A stretch of 64,000 bases of DNA, taken from positions 26,535-90,534 of the IMG/VR virus record IMGVR_UViG_3300020462_000001, one strand, 5' to 3'. This DNA is from a virus. Position 1 is the stretch's first letter. Each line of letters opens with the position of its first letter. Shown here in pieces: positions 18,150 through 26,288 of the stretch. Below the pieces are notes generated by a model. It ran no database searches. It had not been told where the DNA came from and saw only the letters and a program-made list of their open reading frames with translations. A program made the translations under genes and the position numbers.

Positions 18150-19309
18150 TATCCGAAGAATAGTTCTAAATTTGCAACCTTTTCAACATTCCACCCAATA
18201 GAATCCAATACGACTTTTAAAGGTTCAAGGAAAGCCTTGTTAAATTGTAACTCATAATCAATATACTTGTGAAGACCAGTCTCATATGGAAAATCTGAAA
18301 TAAAACTAATCACATTCTCACGAATAGGATTAGCCTTCTTCAAATACACAAACTTGATCTTATCTCCATTCTGGATGGTAGTATACTTATTATCCAGTCC
18401 TTTCTCTTTCATATAATAATTATAAAGCAAAGCTCCTCTCACATGGATTGGACACCCTTTGCCATATATTGTTGAATGGTTCTTATGTTTATTTACATCA
18501 GAAATAGAACGGGGAAATGAGAGCTCTTCTGGAGAAAGGTTATTGAATTTAGTTCTAGCATTATCAATAAACCTAATCATCTCATCTTCTGTTCCCTTCA
18601 TCATCAACTTAAGGGCATCCTTAATCATAGTTCTACAAGGTGCAGGTGTTGATGACTTAACAGCTTCAATACCCATGATCTTGAGTTTGGGTTCCTCATA
18701 ACGAACACCCTCACTATCCCACACATTGAGGATGTATCTCTTCTTTGCTGTCCAGATTCCACGGTCAGCGATATTCTCTCGCTTCATCTGCATCTTCTGA
18801 TCATATGCGTTTACATAATCAGCCAGTTCCACATAACACTTATCGATGAAGGGTTCTAGTTGATCCTGACACACTTTATCAAGTAGATTTACAACCTTCT
18901 CTTTATCATCCTTCTGTTTAGATAAAAACTTATCTACCAAAGGTCCGAGGTTTAGATATACAGAATCAGTATCAACAGCAATCACATAATCTTTATCTGT
19001 TTTGAGGAGATCATTCAGATACTTATTGAGTTTATTCTCAATCCATCGAATAGAGGTTTGACCAGATAGTGTAATAGCTTCTGCATTTGCCAACTTATAG
19101 TATCGAAACCATTGATTACCAATGGCACCATAAGCTGAGTTCAAACAAATCTTTCTCACCATCTGGAAGTTGTTAAACTTGGCAATATCTTTTACAGTTT
19201 GGTCTCTAAGTTTTAAGAGTTGACTATCACTGAGTTTAGAATAGTCTTTATCAGATTGTATAATCTCCTCTTCTGGTCCCTCTCCAGCACCACCAATCAG
19301 ATAACCCAT
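18149..19309 (-). CDS. gp43B: DNA polymerase gp43, C-terminal subunit (fingers helix, palm motifs B and C, thumb)
   Basis: KICLNSAYGAIGN (motif B), VDTDSVY (motif C), AKKRY, KIMGIEAVKSSTP, C-terminal clamp-binding-like LELFFG; SD AGAGG. Confidence 0.95.
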   Translation of the reverse strand: MGYLIGGAGEGPEEEIIQSDKDYSKLSDSQLLKLRDQTVKDIAKFNNFQMVRKICLNSAYGAIGNQWFRYYKLANAEAITLSGQTSIRWIENKLNKYLNDLLKTDKDYVIAVDTDSVYLNLGPLVDKFLSKQKDDKEKVVNLLDKVCQDQLEPFIDKCYVELADYVNAYDQKMQMKRENIADRGIWTAKKRYILNVWDSEGVRYEEPKLKIMGIEAVKSSTPAPCRTMIKDALKLMMKGTEDEMIRFIDNARTKFNNLSPEELSFPRSISDVNKHKNHSTIYGKGCPIHVRGALLYNYYMKEKGLDNKYTTIQNGDKIKFVYLKKANPIRENVISFISDFPYETGLHKYIDYELQFNKAFLEPLKVVLDSIGWNVEKVANLELFFG

Positions 19310-19455
19310 TACTTACAAACCTCTTTTGAGTAGTTTACACCAATTCTATTTCCATAGTAGATAAAACAGTCAGTGTCCACACTGTCCTCCACCTTACTTG
19401 AACACCCAGCCATTAAAAGAATAACCAATACTATGTAACCTTTCCAATAACCCAT
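19309..19455 (-). CDS. 48-aa putative lipoprotein (not in ORF track)
   Basis: MGYWKGYIVLVILLMAG-CSSKVEDSVDTDCFIYYGNRIGVNYSKEVCK: hydrophobic core and MAGC lipobox-like site; GAGG before ATG; TAATG overlap with gp43B start. Confidence 0.65.
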   Translation of the reverse strand: MGYWKGYIVLVILLMAGCSSKVEDSVDTDCFIYYGNRIGVNYSKEVCK

Positions 19456-20360
19456 GACCTCATACCATGTGGTACATCTGAAATAATTTCTTGAGTCAAT
19501 ATAGCTGCATCTTTTGGAACAACCACACAGAATCCAATACCTAGATTGAATACATTACGCATCTCTTCCTCAGCAATGTCTCCTGCTTCTTGAATCTTAT
19601 TGAAGAGTTCTGGTCTCAACCAAGAGTCATAATCTACATCAACTGTCAAACCCTTAGGAAGACACCTAGGAAGGTTCTCAGGGATACCACCACCTGTGAT
19701 GTGAGACATACCTAAGATAGGAACCACATCTAACAAGTCCTTAACAAGAGGAGCATAGATTGTAGTTGGTACTAACAACTCTGGCATCTCTTTATAGTAA
19801 ATGTAATTTCTCCACAACATATCATTGACCAGTGTATATCCATTACTATGAAGACCACTACTCTCAATACCAATGACTAAATCACCTGCTCTGATACTTC
19901 TACCATCAACAATATCAAACTTCTCTACAATACCAGTACAGAAACCAGCAAGGTCATAGTCAGTTGCTCTAAAATGTTCAGCAGTCTCACCACCTAGGAG
20001 TTGCATATCTGCAATCCTACAACCCTCAGCAACTCCATGGATAATATCACTTACATTAGCATCAAGTGTTTTAGTAGAGATATAGTCTAGAAAATATAAT
20101 GGTTTAGCGCCAGAACATATAACATCATTGACGCACATAGCAACAAGATCTTGACCGATAGTGGTGTAATCATTAGCAATCCTACAGATATTGATCTTAG
20201 TTCCAACACCATCAGCACCAGACACTAGTACAGGTCTTTCATATCCTGACGGTACTTCCATCATTCCATTAAACCCACCAACACTAGGTGATAATGTTTT
20301 GATATACTCTACAAAGGATCGTCCCTTCTGAATGTCAACACCAGATGTCTTATAGTCCAT
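19431..20360 (-). CDS. purM: phosphoribosylformylglycinamidine cyclo-ligase (AIR synthetase)
   Basis: MDYKTSGVDI, DGVGTK, DLVAMCVND, GAKPLYFLDY, LLGGETAE, SSGLHSNGY, HITGGG, VFNLGIG. Confidence 0.97.
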   Translation of the reverse strand: MDYKTSGVDIQKGRSFVEYIKTLSPSVGGFNGMMEVPSGYERPVLVSGADGVGTKINICRIANDYTTIGQDLVAMCVNDVICSGAKPLYFLDYISTKTLDANVSDIIHGVAEGCRIADMQLLGGETAEHFRATDYDLAGFCTGIVEKFDIVDGRSIRAGDLVIGIESSGLHSNGYTLVNDMLWRNYIYYKEMPELLVPTTIYAPLVKDLLDVVPILGMSHITGGGIPENLPRCLPKGLTVDVDYDSWLRPELFNKIQEAGDIAEEEMRNVFNLGIGFCVVVPKDAAILTQEIISDVPHGMRSWVIGKVT

Positions 20361-20613
20361 TTTTAATCTTCTCCAATTGTTCTAGTTTCCATATGATATA
20401 GTCAATCGTTGGAATACACTGAGGATTCCATCCAACAAACCCATATGTTTGTTCACTAGGCATCTTCCAACATTCAGCATCATCATTCTCAAGATCTAAT
20501 GACTTACGATACTCTTCCTCACCAAACATAACAACTGCTCGTTCTGCTTGGTTCAAACTCTTGAAACAATCAAAAGAATTTCTTCTAATGATTTCAGGGA
20601 TTTTGTGTTTCAT
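20350..20613 (-). CDS. hypothetical protein
   Basis: ORF track 87 aa; overlaps purM start and upstream stop. Confidence 0.75.
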   Translation of the reverse strand: MKHKIPEIIRRNSFDCFKSLNQAERAVVMFGEEEYRKSLDLENDDAECWKMPSEQTYGFVGWNPQCIPTIDYIIWKLEQLEKIKNGL

Positions 20614-20786
20614 TTTCCAAATAGTATACTACAAACTACATACAATCCCATTGCAGACCAGTATCCTAAGGTTGTCAATCCAAAAATACCTGGTATTACA
20701 GCATTCCATACTAACATAACAATTAGAGGACTTACAAATAATTTTATCAGTATTTTACATAATGATTCTTTTTGTTTAGGGTTCAT
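20610..20786 (-). CDS. 58-aa two-helix membrane protein (not in ORF track)
   Basis: MNPKQKESLCKILIKLFVSPLIVMLVWNAVIPGIFGLTTLGYWSAMGLYVVCSILFGK; ATGA overlaps at both ends. Confidence 0.75.
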   Translation of the reverse strand: MNPKQKESLCKILIKLFVSPLIVMLVWNAVIPGIFGLTTLGYWSAMGLYVVCSILFGK

Positions 20787-22243
20787 AGTCCTCTCCTCTT
20801 CATCTCACCTTCAATATCAACTAACTTTTGTTTACTCTTCAACATCTCACCTTTGAATGCCTTACGTTCTGCATACATCTTCTCCATCAATTCAGGAAGG
20901 AAACCTTTAACATCCTTACGGAACATAGCTCCGTTAGCACATACTGCATAATCATTATACATCTCAAAGGTGAGTTTCTCATTAAGAATCTTATCGACAG
21001 TAACTGATGGATGTTTCTCTTCCAAAAGAGTTTCAGGTGAGATGTTGTATTGCATCATCAGGTGAGGATACAGAGAGTTAAGGTCAAAAGATACAACCCA
21101 ATCATATACACCAGGAACAGGTTCTTTAACATAAGCTCCAGCAAACTTCTCATCCTTAGCAGATGTTTGTTTCTGAGGAATTACAATATTCCTCTTCTTC
21201 AGATAGTTATAGATGATCGTATCCCACAACTTTACTTGACCCATAGGATCAACAAAGTTCACTTTGGCATCAAATGCCATAGTAATAACCAGTTCAATCA
21301 AACGGAGTTTGTCCTCCATCCTATCAACAAGTTCCACGTCAACGATGTTGTAATCTACAAACTTCTTCCAGTTACCATCATAGAACTCTTTGAAGGTATT
21401 GAACTCTGAGTGGTCCAACTTCTTCTGTCCAAGTTCTACCTCAGCAATAAAGTCCAGTTTATAGCTCTCCCTATTCACATAAGTAAATTTCTTATAAAGT
21501 TCCAGAAAATCCAAAACAGTCACACCAGCCATGGTATAAACATTGTTTGGACGACCATGAATAAACACCTCATCATGAGACACAATGCCCCAAGGAGAGA
21601 ACCTCCTCACATTTCTGTCTCCCATGATACGAGACACACGGCCAAGAAGATAAGGGATATCATAGAAACGACAGTTCCACCCTGTCACAACCTCAGGAGG
21701 ATCTGTAGACCACCAATGGATGAATGCATTCAACATATCAATCTCATCTTCATAATGATGATATGTCACATTCTTTTGAGTAGGTGTATATGGTTTCCTA
21801 CCCCAAGTAATGATGTTTTTGGTTGTGTAATCTTGAATGGAGATGGTCAACATCTCCTCGGCACAAGAATCAGGTGAAGGGAATCCATCTTCTGACTTCA
21901 CCTCAATATCAATAGTGACCAGTTTGATCTTCTTAATATCCCATTTGATTTCATTTTGGGGATACTTTTCAGAGATATATTGGTAGAGATACTTCTCATT
22001 ACCATAGATCTTGAAACCATCTACACCTTCGTACTTCTTATAGAACTCTCTACAATCTCTTACATTTCCAGGTTGAATAGGTTCAACATTCTCACCTTCG
22101 AGTGTTTTCCACTCACTTTCTTTCTTGGATTTCACATACAGAGTAGGGAAAAACTCTTCCTTATACTGAACACGTCGTCCATTCTCATAACCACGAACCA
22201 GGAACTCATTCCTGACCATTTGAATGTTGGTGTAAAAATCCAA
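20783..22243 (-). CDS. gp43A: DNA polymerase gp43, N-terminal subunit (N domain, 3'-5' exonuclease, palm motif A, first fingers helix)
   Basis: ExoI DIEV, ExoII GWNCRFYDIPYL, ExoIII YNIVD, GAYVKEP, motif A SFDLNSLYP; ends EMKRRGL-stop; TTG start after AAGGAG. Confidence 0.95.
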   Translation of the reverse strand: MDFYTNIQMVRNEFLVRGYENGRRVQYKEEFFPTLYVKSKKESEWKTLEGENVEPIQPGNVRDCREFYKKYEGVDGFKIYGNEKYLYQYISEKYPQNEIKWDIKKIKLVTIDIEVKSEDGFPSPDSCAEEMLTISIQDYTTKNIITWGRKPYTPTQKNVTYHHYEDEIDMLNAFIHWWSTDPPEVVTGWNCRFYDIPYLLGRVSRIMGDRNVRRFSPWGIVSHDEVFIHGRPNNVYTMAGVTVLDFLELYKKFTYVNRESYKLDFIAEVELGQKKLDHSEFNTFKEFYDGNWKKFVDYNIVDVELVDRMEDKLRLIELVITMAFDAKVNFVDPMGQVKLWDTIIYNYLKKRNIVIPQKQTSAKDEKFAGAYVKEPVPGVYDWVVSFDLNSLYPHLMMQYNISPETLLEEKHPSVTVDKILNEKLTFEMYNDYAVCANGAMFRKDVKGFLPELMEKMYAERKAFKGEMLKSKQKLVDIEGEMKRRGL

Positions 22244-22245
22244 GA

Positions 22246-22500
22246 TTACTCCTTCACCAGGTCTGTGTACTTGTCTACCAGTGTACCATTAGGTTCCACA
22301 ATAGTCAAGATCTTATCTGAGTGGATCATAAAGGTATTTTGATTGGTAATATTAACCAACCAAGGTGATAAGGTTTGGTTATCATTGACAACAAAGGGTT
22401 CTGTCAGTTTACAATCTGCTTCACCCATATCTCCACCAATCTCTTCAATCTGAGTCAACAGATTCAGGTTGTTCGTCAGTACTAGTAGCTTCGGCTTCAT
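22246..22500 (-). CDS. small beta-rich conserved protein (Sm/SH3-like)
   Basis: KLLVL...L..PF...L.PW...ILTIVEP pattern. Confidence 0.7.
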   Translation of the reverse strand: MKPKLLVLTNNLNLLTQIEEIGGDMGEADCKLTEPFVVNDNQTLSPWLVNITNQNTFMIHSDKILTIVEPNGTLVDKYTDLVKE

Positions 22501-22807
22501 TGATTTCCTCTAATCTCTTATTAAACATATCCCTCACTTCGTCATGAGGGTTCACAATAGTAATAACCCAGTCAGAAGGAATAGGAATAGTCCTATCCTT
22601 ACTTAAAGGGAGCCATGGTATCATCTGAATTCTAGTACGATGTTGAGTGGTACCATCTTTTGGTACATCAGCGACAAGTTTTACCCTATGTGGAACATCA
22701 AGATAGTATCCGAATACCCTCTTCTCCTCTCCATCTGGTACAATCATCTCCTGCACATCCGCTACAACATCTTCTCCAGATTTAAGAAGTAATAGTTTTA
22801 CAGTCAT
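22445..22807 (-). CDS. small beta-rich conserved protein (Sm/SH3-like)
   Basis: KLLLLKSGEDVVADV...PWLPLSKD...DWVITIVNP. Confidence 0.75.
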   Translation of the reverse strand: MTVKLLLLKSGEDVVADVQEMIVPDGEEKRVFGYYLDVPHRVKLVADVPKDGTTQHRTRIQMIPWLPLSKDRTIPIPSDWVITIVNPHDEVRDMFNKRLEEINEAEATSTDEQPESVDSD

Positions 22808-22838
22808 TTTTTCAGTTGTTTATGAATCATTATACCGC

Positions 22839-22871
22839 AAAAAGACCCTTGGTTTTAGCCAAAGGTCTTTT
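22839..22871 (-). terminator. terminator after hsp20
   Basis: AAAAGACC-TTTGG...CCAAG-GGTCTTTTT hairpin. Confidence 0.7.
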
Positions 22872-22900
22872 CTGCGACGATATTTGGGGATTACCCAAAC

Positions 22901-23341
22901 TTATTTATTGTCACTTCCTCCAAGGAAGAAACGTCTTTTTCTTGATTCTGGGATGATACGAGAAAGTGATACGATCAAAAGGCCGTTTTCAAAGGTCACA
23001 TCAGACACTTCAGTGTCTTCTGAGATGGACCAGGACCGAGTGAAGGACCGTTGAGCCAGACCACGATGAAGGTAGGTGTGACCCTCCTCCTTATCCTTAG
23101 AACCCTCCACAACGAGGTTTCCACGTTCCGTATAGACCTTTACCTCATCGTTTGTAAACCCAGCCAGAGCCAGTTCTAGACGGGACTCATCCTCTGAAAC
23201 CTGCACAAGGTTGTATGGGGGATAGTTCTGTGCTTCATAGCTGAAGATACGATCAAAGTAAGTATCCATACCAATCGTATTTCTCTGTAGCCTCTCCATC
23301 AATTGATTGATGTTTGCAGTATTGTACTTAGCGAGTGTCAT
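22901..23341 (-). CDS. hsp20: small heat-shock protein (Hsp20/IbpA-like)
   Basis: NYPPYNL, LELALAGF, YLHRGLAQRSFTRSW, FENGLL. Confidence 0.95.
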   Translation of the reverse strand: MTLAKYNTANINQLMERLQRNTIGMDTYFDRIFSYEAQNYPPYNLVQVSEDESRLELALAGFTNDEVKVYTERGNLVVEGSKDKEEGHTYLHRGLAQRSFTRSWSISEDTEVSDVTFENGLLIVSLSRIIPESRKRRFFLGGSDNK

Positions 23342-23409
23342 TTGTTGCTCCTTATTAAGCGAGTTTGAAGTGTGTAGCCTCTTTCGACGACCACATACTA
23401 ATTATAACA
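23342..23409 (-). promoter_or_regulatory. extended -10 promoter and ROSE-like two-hairpin 5' UTR of hsp20
   Basis: TGTTATAAT; hairpin 1 TGTGGTC-GTCGAAAGA-GGCTACA; hairpin 2 CTC(G)CTT-AAT-AAGGAG covering the SD. Confidence 0.65.
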
Positions 23410-23417
23410 GATGGCAC

Positions 23418-23448
23418 AAAAAAGGGGAGTCGGAACTCCCTACTTTTT
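23418..23448 (-). terminator. terminator after regA
   Basis: GGGAGT-TCCG-ACTCCC followed by CT6. Confidence 0.75.
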
Positions 23449-23890
23449 ATTGGGGGGTTTCACTACCCTGTTGTTTTCTGGATCCAATATTGTACTTCTG
23501 TTCCAAAATCCATTCTTGCTTTTCCCTGTAAGGAAGAACTTTAATTTGATTCAATGGTGCAATGTTCTCAATCGATTCATCATTGACTATAGAAAGTAAT
23601 CCCCAATCAACAAGAAGGCGAGTAATACGATTCCTACGCTGAACATCATTAACAGTAAGATTAGCGTATTTGCCATCGAGAGCAAACAACTCTTTAAAGT
23701 GTACAATGTAATATTTACCCTGTTTATGTAAGATATGACAAGACTGATATAACTTCTTTTCTTTTCTAGAAGCAACACCAATCCTTGTCAGTGTTTCTCT
23801 AACTTTCAAGAAGTCATCAGGTGCATTTAGAACAATTTCAACCATTTCTGATTGAGACCATTCTACCCTAGGCTCAATAGTTTGACTCAT
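23447..23890 (-). CDS. regA: translational repressor RegA
   Basis: PDDFLKVRETLTRIG, LYQSCHILHKQGKYYIVHFKE, RRNRI..LL.DWGL. Confidence 0.97.
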   Translation of the reverse strand: MSQTIEPRVEWSQSEMVEIVLNAPDDFLKVRETLTRIGVASRKEKKLYQSCHILHKQGKYYIVHFKELFALDGKYANLTVNDVQRRNRITRLLVDWGLLSIVNDESIENIAPLNQIKVLPYREKQEWILEQKYNIGSRKQQGSETPQ

Positions 23891-24273
23891 TTCTTTCCAC
23901 CAGTGTCAAGTCTTTGTTTAATGTATTCCAGTTGTTCAGGAGTCAAAATCTTCATAACTTGAGATGCCTTTTCATTACTATAACCATAGTAAGTTTTTAC
24001 ATAATCAAGATCTGATACCTTTTCCTTCCGAAGCCAAGGAGAGAATCTCTTCCTTTTTCTCAATATATTTAGATAAAAATTATATTGCATATCTTTATCA
24101 AGAAAATGGTACTTGTTCATCTCATTGGCTTGAACAATACAATCCATGTGACCTGACAGGCACTTATTAATAATATAGGGTGGATACTCTTTAACGATAT
24201 AGGGTTCTGCTTTAATAAGGTTTTCCTTATTAAAGTTTATAGAGTTCAACCAATCTTTCAATTCAATAGACAT
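23887..24273 (-). CDS. gp62: clamp loader small subunit (T4 gp62)
   Basis: YPPYIINKCLS...ANEMN...YYGYSNEKA; position between gp44 and regA. Confidence 0.92.
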   Translation of the reverse strand: MSIELKDWLNSINFNKENLIKAEPYIVKEYPPYIINKCLSGHMDCIVQANEMNKYHFLDKDMQYNFYLNILRKRKRFSPWLRKEKVSDLDYVKTYYGYSNEKASQVMKILTPEQLEYIKQRLDTGGKK

Positions 24274-24276
24274 AAA

Positions 24277-24561
24277 TCAGAGAATCAACTTCTTACTAGG
24301 GGTTTCAATTGGAGAGAAGATCTTCTTGTAGTTTTCTACAATCTCATCTCTTGCATCAATCACATAAACAATGTAATCTTTAGATACTTTAATAGTATTC
24401 TCATCCTTAGCAAGAGTAGACCAAGGTGCAAAACCAACTTGACCTTGAGCATTGGGAATAGCAACAAGAGGATGCTCTACCTCAATACTATTCTCATCTT
24501 CACTGATTTGAGTATAGATTACCTCTTCACCGGTATTCATTCGTAATACTTTGACTTCCAT
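24277..24561 (-). CDS. small beta-rich conserved protein (Sm/SH3-like)
   Basis: VKVLRMNTGEEVI...GFAPW...Y.KIFS.I.TP.KKLIL. Confidence 0.75.
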   Translation of the reverse strand: MEVKVLRMNTGEEVIYTQISEDENSIEVEHPLVAIPNAQGQVGFAPWSTLAKDENTIKVSKDYIVYVIDARDEIVENYKKIFSPIETPSKKLIL

Positions 24562-24564
24562 CTT

Positions 24565-24954
24565 TTAACCTCCATCAATTTGACAACCGACTAATGCTCC
24601 ACCAATAATTCCAGCTGGAATACTCCAGATCCAGTTTTCTTGAGTGGATAGAGTGCCTCCAGCAGCACCTCCAGCAATTCCACCGATAATACTACCTTCA
24701 ACACAGGAATTATCATCTCCCTGACGGGGAGCAGGTCGAGTGTTTCCACCAGTATTATAGGAGTTTTCACAAGGAACTTCTACTCTTTCATTCCATGTTC
24801 TAACTCTTCCTGGATTTCCTCGTGTTCCAGGAATGTACTCTTCACGATAAACTGTCTCATAACAGTTCGTTTGTTCTGTTCCGCCACCTTGACGATAGTC
24901 AGCCATTACAGGACTACCAAATGCCAGTACCAGAATAGGGATTAGATACTTCAT
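24565..24954 (-). CDS. exported glycine-zipper protein
   Basis: Signal-like N-terminus; GSIIGGIAGGAAGG...GIIGGALVG. Confidence 0.75.
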   Translation of the reverse strand: MKYLIPILVLAFGSPVMADYRQGGGTEQTNCYETVYREEYIPGTRGNPGRVRTWNERVEVPCENSYNTGGNTRPAPRQGDDNSCVEGSIIGGIAGGAAGGTLSTQENWIWSIPAGIIGGALVGCQIDGG

Positions 24955-25208
24955 TGAATCTCCTCAATATTGAATATCTCCCAGTCTTCAATTACTGTGT
25001 TTGCAAGTAATCTATCACTGAGAAGTTTTAATTGTTCGTTCATTGATTCTTCATCATCAGAATCGATATACATCTCAATCAACTTACCCATTCTCAACTT
25101 TTCAATATTCAAATCGGAAAGTCTTCCACAAGCTCCTCTAACAGCATTACCTGCAGAGTCATCAACTTGGGCTCTCAATCTGGTGTATATCGTAGCTTTG
25201 TACTTCAT
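24951..25208 (-). CDS. purS: FGAM synthase PurS subunit
   Basis: V.D..G.AV...LRMGKLIE...LLANTVIEDW. Confidence 0.88.
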   Translation of the reverse strand: MKYKATIYTRLRAQVDDSAGNAVRGACGRLSDLNIEKLRMGKLIEMYIDSDDEESMNEQLKLLSDRLLANTVIEDWEIFNIEEIQ

Positions 25209-26155
25209 TTAAAATCACACTCCACCATTATTTCAGTCAAACAAGCAAGCATATTTATTTCTTGGTCAGCAACGAATGAACTTTGGTACTGATACTTCGC
25301 AATAATAAGTACAGCGGCAGCGATACCAGGACCATCAAGATGGGAGTAGACTGCATCGTATACAGAACGAAGAAGTACAGTGGGGTCGTTATCAAGATTA
25401 TCAACAACCCACTTACGAGTTGCCGCGAAATCTTTGGTTTTGAGTTTTTTGAAGAGGTCATTCGTTTTTACATTTGAAAAACTAGCAAGAATACCTGTAT
25501 CAATCTTACCACTGACAGAGTATCTTTGTAGTTCATTAAGAACCCGTCTCCAGTCAGGGAAGTGTTTCTGAATCAGTTCAACTAGAACTTTTGGATCATA
25601 TTCCACACCTTCTGTCTCAAGTATAGTCCTGAGACGGTTGAAAAAGTTCGCTGCGAGTTCTTGTCGTTCTTTTCCTCTGATGGCAAAGTCGATGACTGCA
25701 CATCTGGAGTGGAGGGGGGAGATGATTTTGTTTTTGTAATTACAGGTGAAGATGAATCTGCAATTGCCAATGAACTCCTCAGTAAACGCCCGTAAGCAGA
25801 GTTGAACATCTGGGGTTGTGTTGTCAGCTTCGTCAATGATGATGACTTTGTGTTTAGCACTTGACGAAAGTGAGACGGTCGAAGCGAAATTCTTCGCATT
25901 GTTTCTGACGGTATCAAGGAATCGTCCTTCATCGGATCCGTTGATGACATAATAGTCTACTCCTAATTCGTTACAGAGGGCTTTAGCGACAGTGGTTTTA
26001 CCACATCCAGGTGGTCCAGATAAAAGTAGATTGGGTACTTCACCCTTCTCTACAAATTGTTTGAACATATTCTTGATCCCATCAGGGAGAATACATTCTT
26101 CAATAGTCTGTGGTCGATAAGATTCAACCCAGACAAATTCATTACGACTCATCAA
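25205..26155 (-). CDS. gp44: clamp loader large subunit (T4 gp44)
   Basis: WVESYRP, GPPGCGKTT, IIDEAD, PLHSRC, FPDWRR. Confidence 0.97.
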   Translation of the reverse strand: MMSRNEFVWVESYRPQTIEECILPDGIKNMFKQFVEKGEVPNLLLSGPPGCGKTTVAKALCNELGVDYYVINGSDEGRFLDTVRNNAKNFASTVSLSSSAKHKVIIIDEADNTTPDVQLCLRAFTEEFIGNCRFIFTCNYKNKIISPLHSRCAVIDFAIRGKERQELAANFFNRLRTILETEGVEYDPKVLVELIQKHFPDWRRVLNELQRYSVSGKIDTGILASFSNVKTNDLFKKLKTKDFAATRKWVVDNLDNDPTVLLRSVYDAVYSHLDGPGIAAAVLIIAKYQYQSSFVADQEINMLACLTEIMVECDFK

Positions 26156-26288
26156 CTAACCTCAAAATAAAAGAATCACCATCAGGAATCCATTCTAACA
26201 GATCACCTTCTTTCCATCCAGTTTCCTGTAGGATTTCTTCAGTGAATGTTAGGATTCCATCATCACTAACTTTCAATATGGTGTTCAT
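26142..26288 (-). CDS. 48-aa AbrB/MazE/SpoVT-like protein (not in ORF track)
   Basis: MNTILKVSDDGILTFTEEILQETGWKEGDLLEWIPDGDSFILRLVDES; ATGA overlap with purC stop. Confidence 0.7.
   Translation of the reverse strand: MNTILKVSDDGILTFTEEILQETGWKEGDLLEWIPDGDSFILRLVDES

Noticed and set aside
18149-22243. Split intein, self-splicing intron or ribosomal bypass joining the gp43 halves
   Set aside because: No intein N-terminal block at the end of gp43A and no His-Asn-Cys/Ser/Thr junction near the start of gp43B; the 1.47 kb gap is entirely coding, leaving no room for a ribozyme, and is far longer than the 50-nt T4 gene 60 bypass.
18149-22243. gp43 as a pseudogene
   Set aside because: Both halves are intact, keep all catalytic motifs, have SD sequences, and break at a surface position known to tolerate splitting.
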